The notes beneath the pieces were generated by a model that saw only the letters and a list, made by a program, of their open reading frames with translations, was not told the DNA's origin and made no database searches. The position numbers and the translations under genes were made by a program. Source: Rhodosorus marinus CCMP1338 (taxonomy: Eukaryota; Plantae; Rhodophyta). Taken from it: a DNA stretch of 64,000 nt. Shown one piece after another: positions 62,642 through 64,000 of the stretch. The stretch lies in NCBI GenBank assembly GCA_029953675.1, contig JAMWBK010000008.1, forward strand, positions 558,001 through 622,000, written 5' to 3'. Position 1 is the first letter of the stretch, and each line of letters opens with the position of its first letter.

Positions 62642-62801
62642 TGAGTACCTCCCGAGATTTCCGGTAATTTTTGTTCGATGACAGGCTGTCTATCGGGATA
62701 GAGACAGTCTGTCGATTAGGTAGTGCCTTGAGTACCTCCCGAGATTTCTGGTAATTTTTTACACGATGACAGGCTGCCTACCTGGCAGAGACAGTCTGTC
62801 G
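62642..62801. repeat. 87-bp tandem duplication, each copy with two GACAG-N-CTGTC palindromes forming a hairpin
   Basis: Copies start at 62642 and 62729; palindromes at 62680, 62703, 62768 (1 mismatch) and 62790. Confidence 0.92.
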
Positions 62802-63119
62802 CCAAACAACAGAAATTCTAAGAATTACAAATTCCGGACATAGCAATTTCCAGGCAGACTGCATTTTGTAATTCCATGTCCTTCCATATTATACGTGATT
62901 AGGGAAGCTTCATGTCACAACATCTTTTTTCGCAATAGTTTCGAATCTTTATTTCTTAGAACAAGTCTGTATTGGGACTTGATCTGGATTTTCTGTCCTA
63001 GCTTGCAAAGATGCTGTCATTGCCTCGTTGAATTACGCTGAATCCACAAAACACTCCCATCGTGTTCGGTCGTGAAATTTTGATACGTAGGCAGTAGAGA
63101 TAAAGGAATCTCGCCCCAA

Positions 63120-63705
63120 TAGACGTATCCAGACTCCATTCCATCATTCTCTCTCCATCCTTAGTGCTGGTGCTGACTGTCGCCAAAGAGTATTGGTCAT
63201 CATTCGATATGGGGACAGCAGCTTTGTTGTTGTACTCAACATTGTATCCCCCCAAAATAAATATAGGAATCAAATTTTCAACACTTTCCAATCTGAATAT
63301 CTTGGAAGAAATCAGTTATGGGTGTTTGGCGTACTCCCTGCCTTCAAGGGTGCTGTCATTTTCTTCTTGAATCGCCCAGAATCAGACATGCGCTCTTCGC
63401 CGCGCTTGTGGGGTGGGAGTGTCATGTTTTGATCCATTGGCCTTGCCGATAGACAGACTCCATGCCATGAATAGCGCTGGCGGTGAATGCCGCCAACGAT
63501 ATTCGTCTTCAATAGATGTGGGGATAGCTTTGTGCTGCTCTCATCGCGGTGGCGCTTCATCGCCATCGAGCTTGCGGGGTGGGTTTGTCATGTTTTGATA
63601 CATTGGCGTGTAGAGATATCCAGACTCCAACCCATTAATAGCGCTCGCGCTGAGCCTGTCGCCAAGGATAGTCGTCTTCAATCGATGTGAGGATAGCTTT
63701 GTACT
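63120..63705. repeat. Diverged ~166-bp tandem repeat (2 clear copies plus 1 older partial copy)
   Basis: GTCATGTTTTGAT at 63421 and 63587; CAGACTCCA at ~63130, ~63455 and ~63621; shared GTCTTCAAT.GATGTG.GGATAGCTTTGT. Confidence 0.85.
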
Positions 63706-64000
63706 CAGTATCTCAGCCCCCGATCAAACATTTCGCCACAGCCAAGCGGCGGTGCTGACATCGTCGTACCACGGAGGCGTTGGAACATGCGCCCTTAAAA
63801 ATGTAGCCCACGGGACGCACCAGCAAAACGACCCATGTCTGGACACACACCAACCTGTCCGAGAGCTTTGCTTGTCTGCGCTTTCTATAACGGCTTTCAG
63901 TTTCTCAGCATCACCCCCAGCAAAGCGAGTCCAAGAAGAAGAAGAAAAACAAAAAAAAAAACCTTCCTCGTGCTGACTGACACCAGCACTTGAATTTTGT

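Noticed and set aside
1-64000. CRISPR arrays, rRNA, intact LTR/LINE/DNA transposons, prokaryotic operons
   Set aside because: None seen. The local repeats have only 2-8 degenerate copies without unique spacers of regular length, and the DNA is intron-containing eukaryotic sequence.

Overview
Eukaryotic nuclear DNA, not prokaryotic: compact genes with GT-AG introns of about 70-250 nt, separated by AT-rich homopolymer spacers and by GC-balanced, stop-riddled blocks that look like decayed coding or mobile DNA. A red alga (Rhodophyta) is my inference, based on plastid-targeted TIC21-like and AK-HSDH genes whose transit peptides begin 'MAF' and on a PH-domain CaMK-type kinase; the species cannot be determined. 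Splicing the ORF track by hand gave 14 recognisable genes: C2H2 zinc-finger protein, proteasome alpha subunit PSMA4, GT71 mannosyltransferase, MIF, DP transcription factor, SnRK/CIPK-like kinase, PH-CaMK kinase, presequence-bearing GcvR-like double-ACT protein, PDAP1-like protein, DBP5/DDX19 helicase, MAF1, TIC21-like protein, AK-HSDH and LCB1. There are also 3 plausible hypothetical ORFs and several local repeats. I found no CRISPR array, rRNA or intact transposon. The most unusual observations are a non-canonical tRNA-Lys(UUU)-like cloverleaf 88 nt after the stop codon of the Pol III repressor MAF1, a bacterial-type GcvR homologue with a mitochondrial-type presequence, a duplicated array of GACAG-N-CTGTC palindromes near 62.7 kb, and two E2F sites upstream of the DP gene. 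All exon boundaries were read by eye and no database searches were run.
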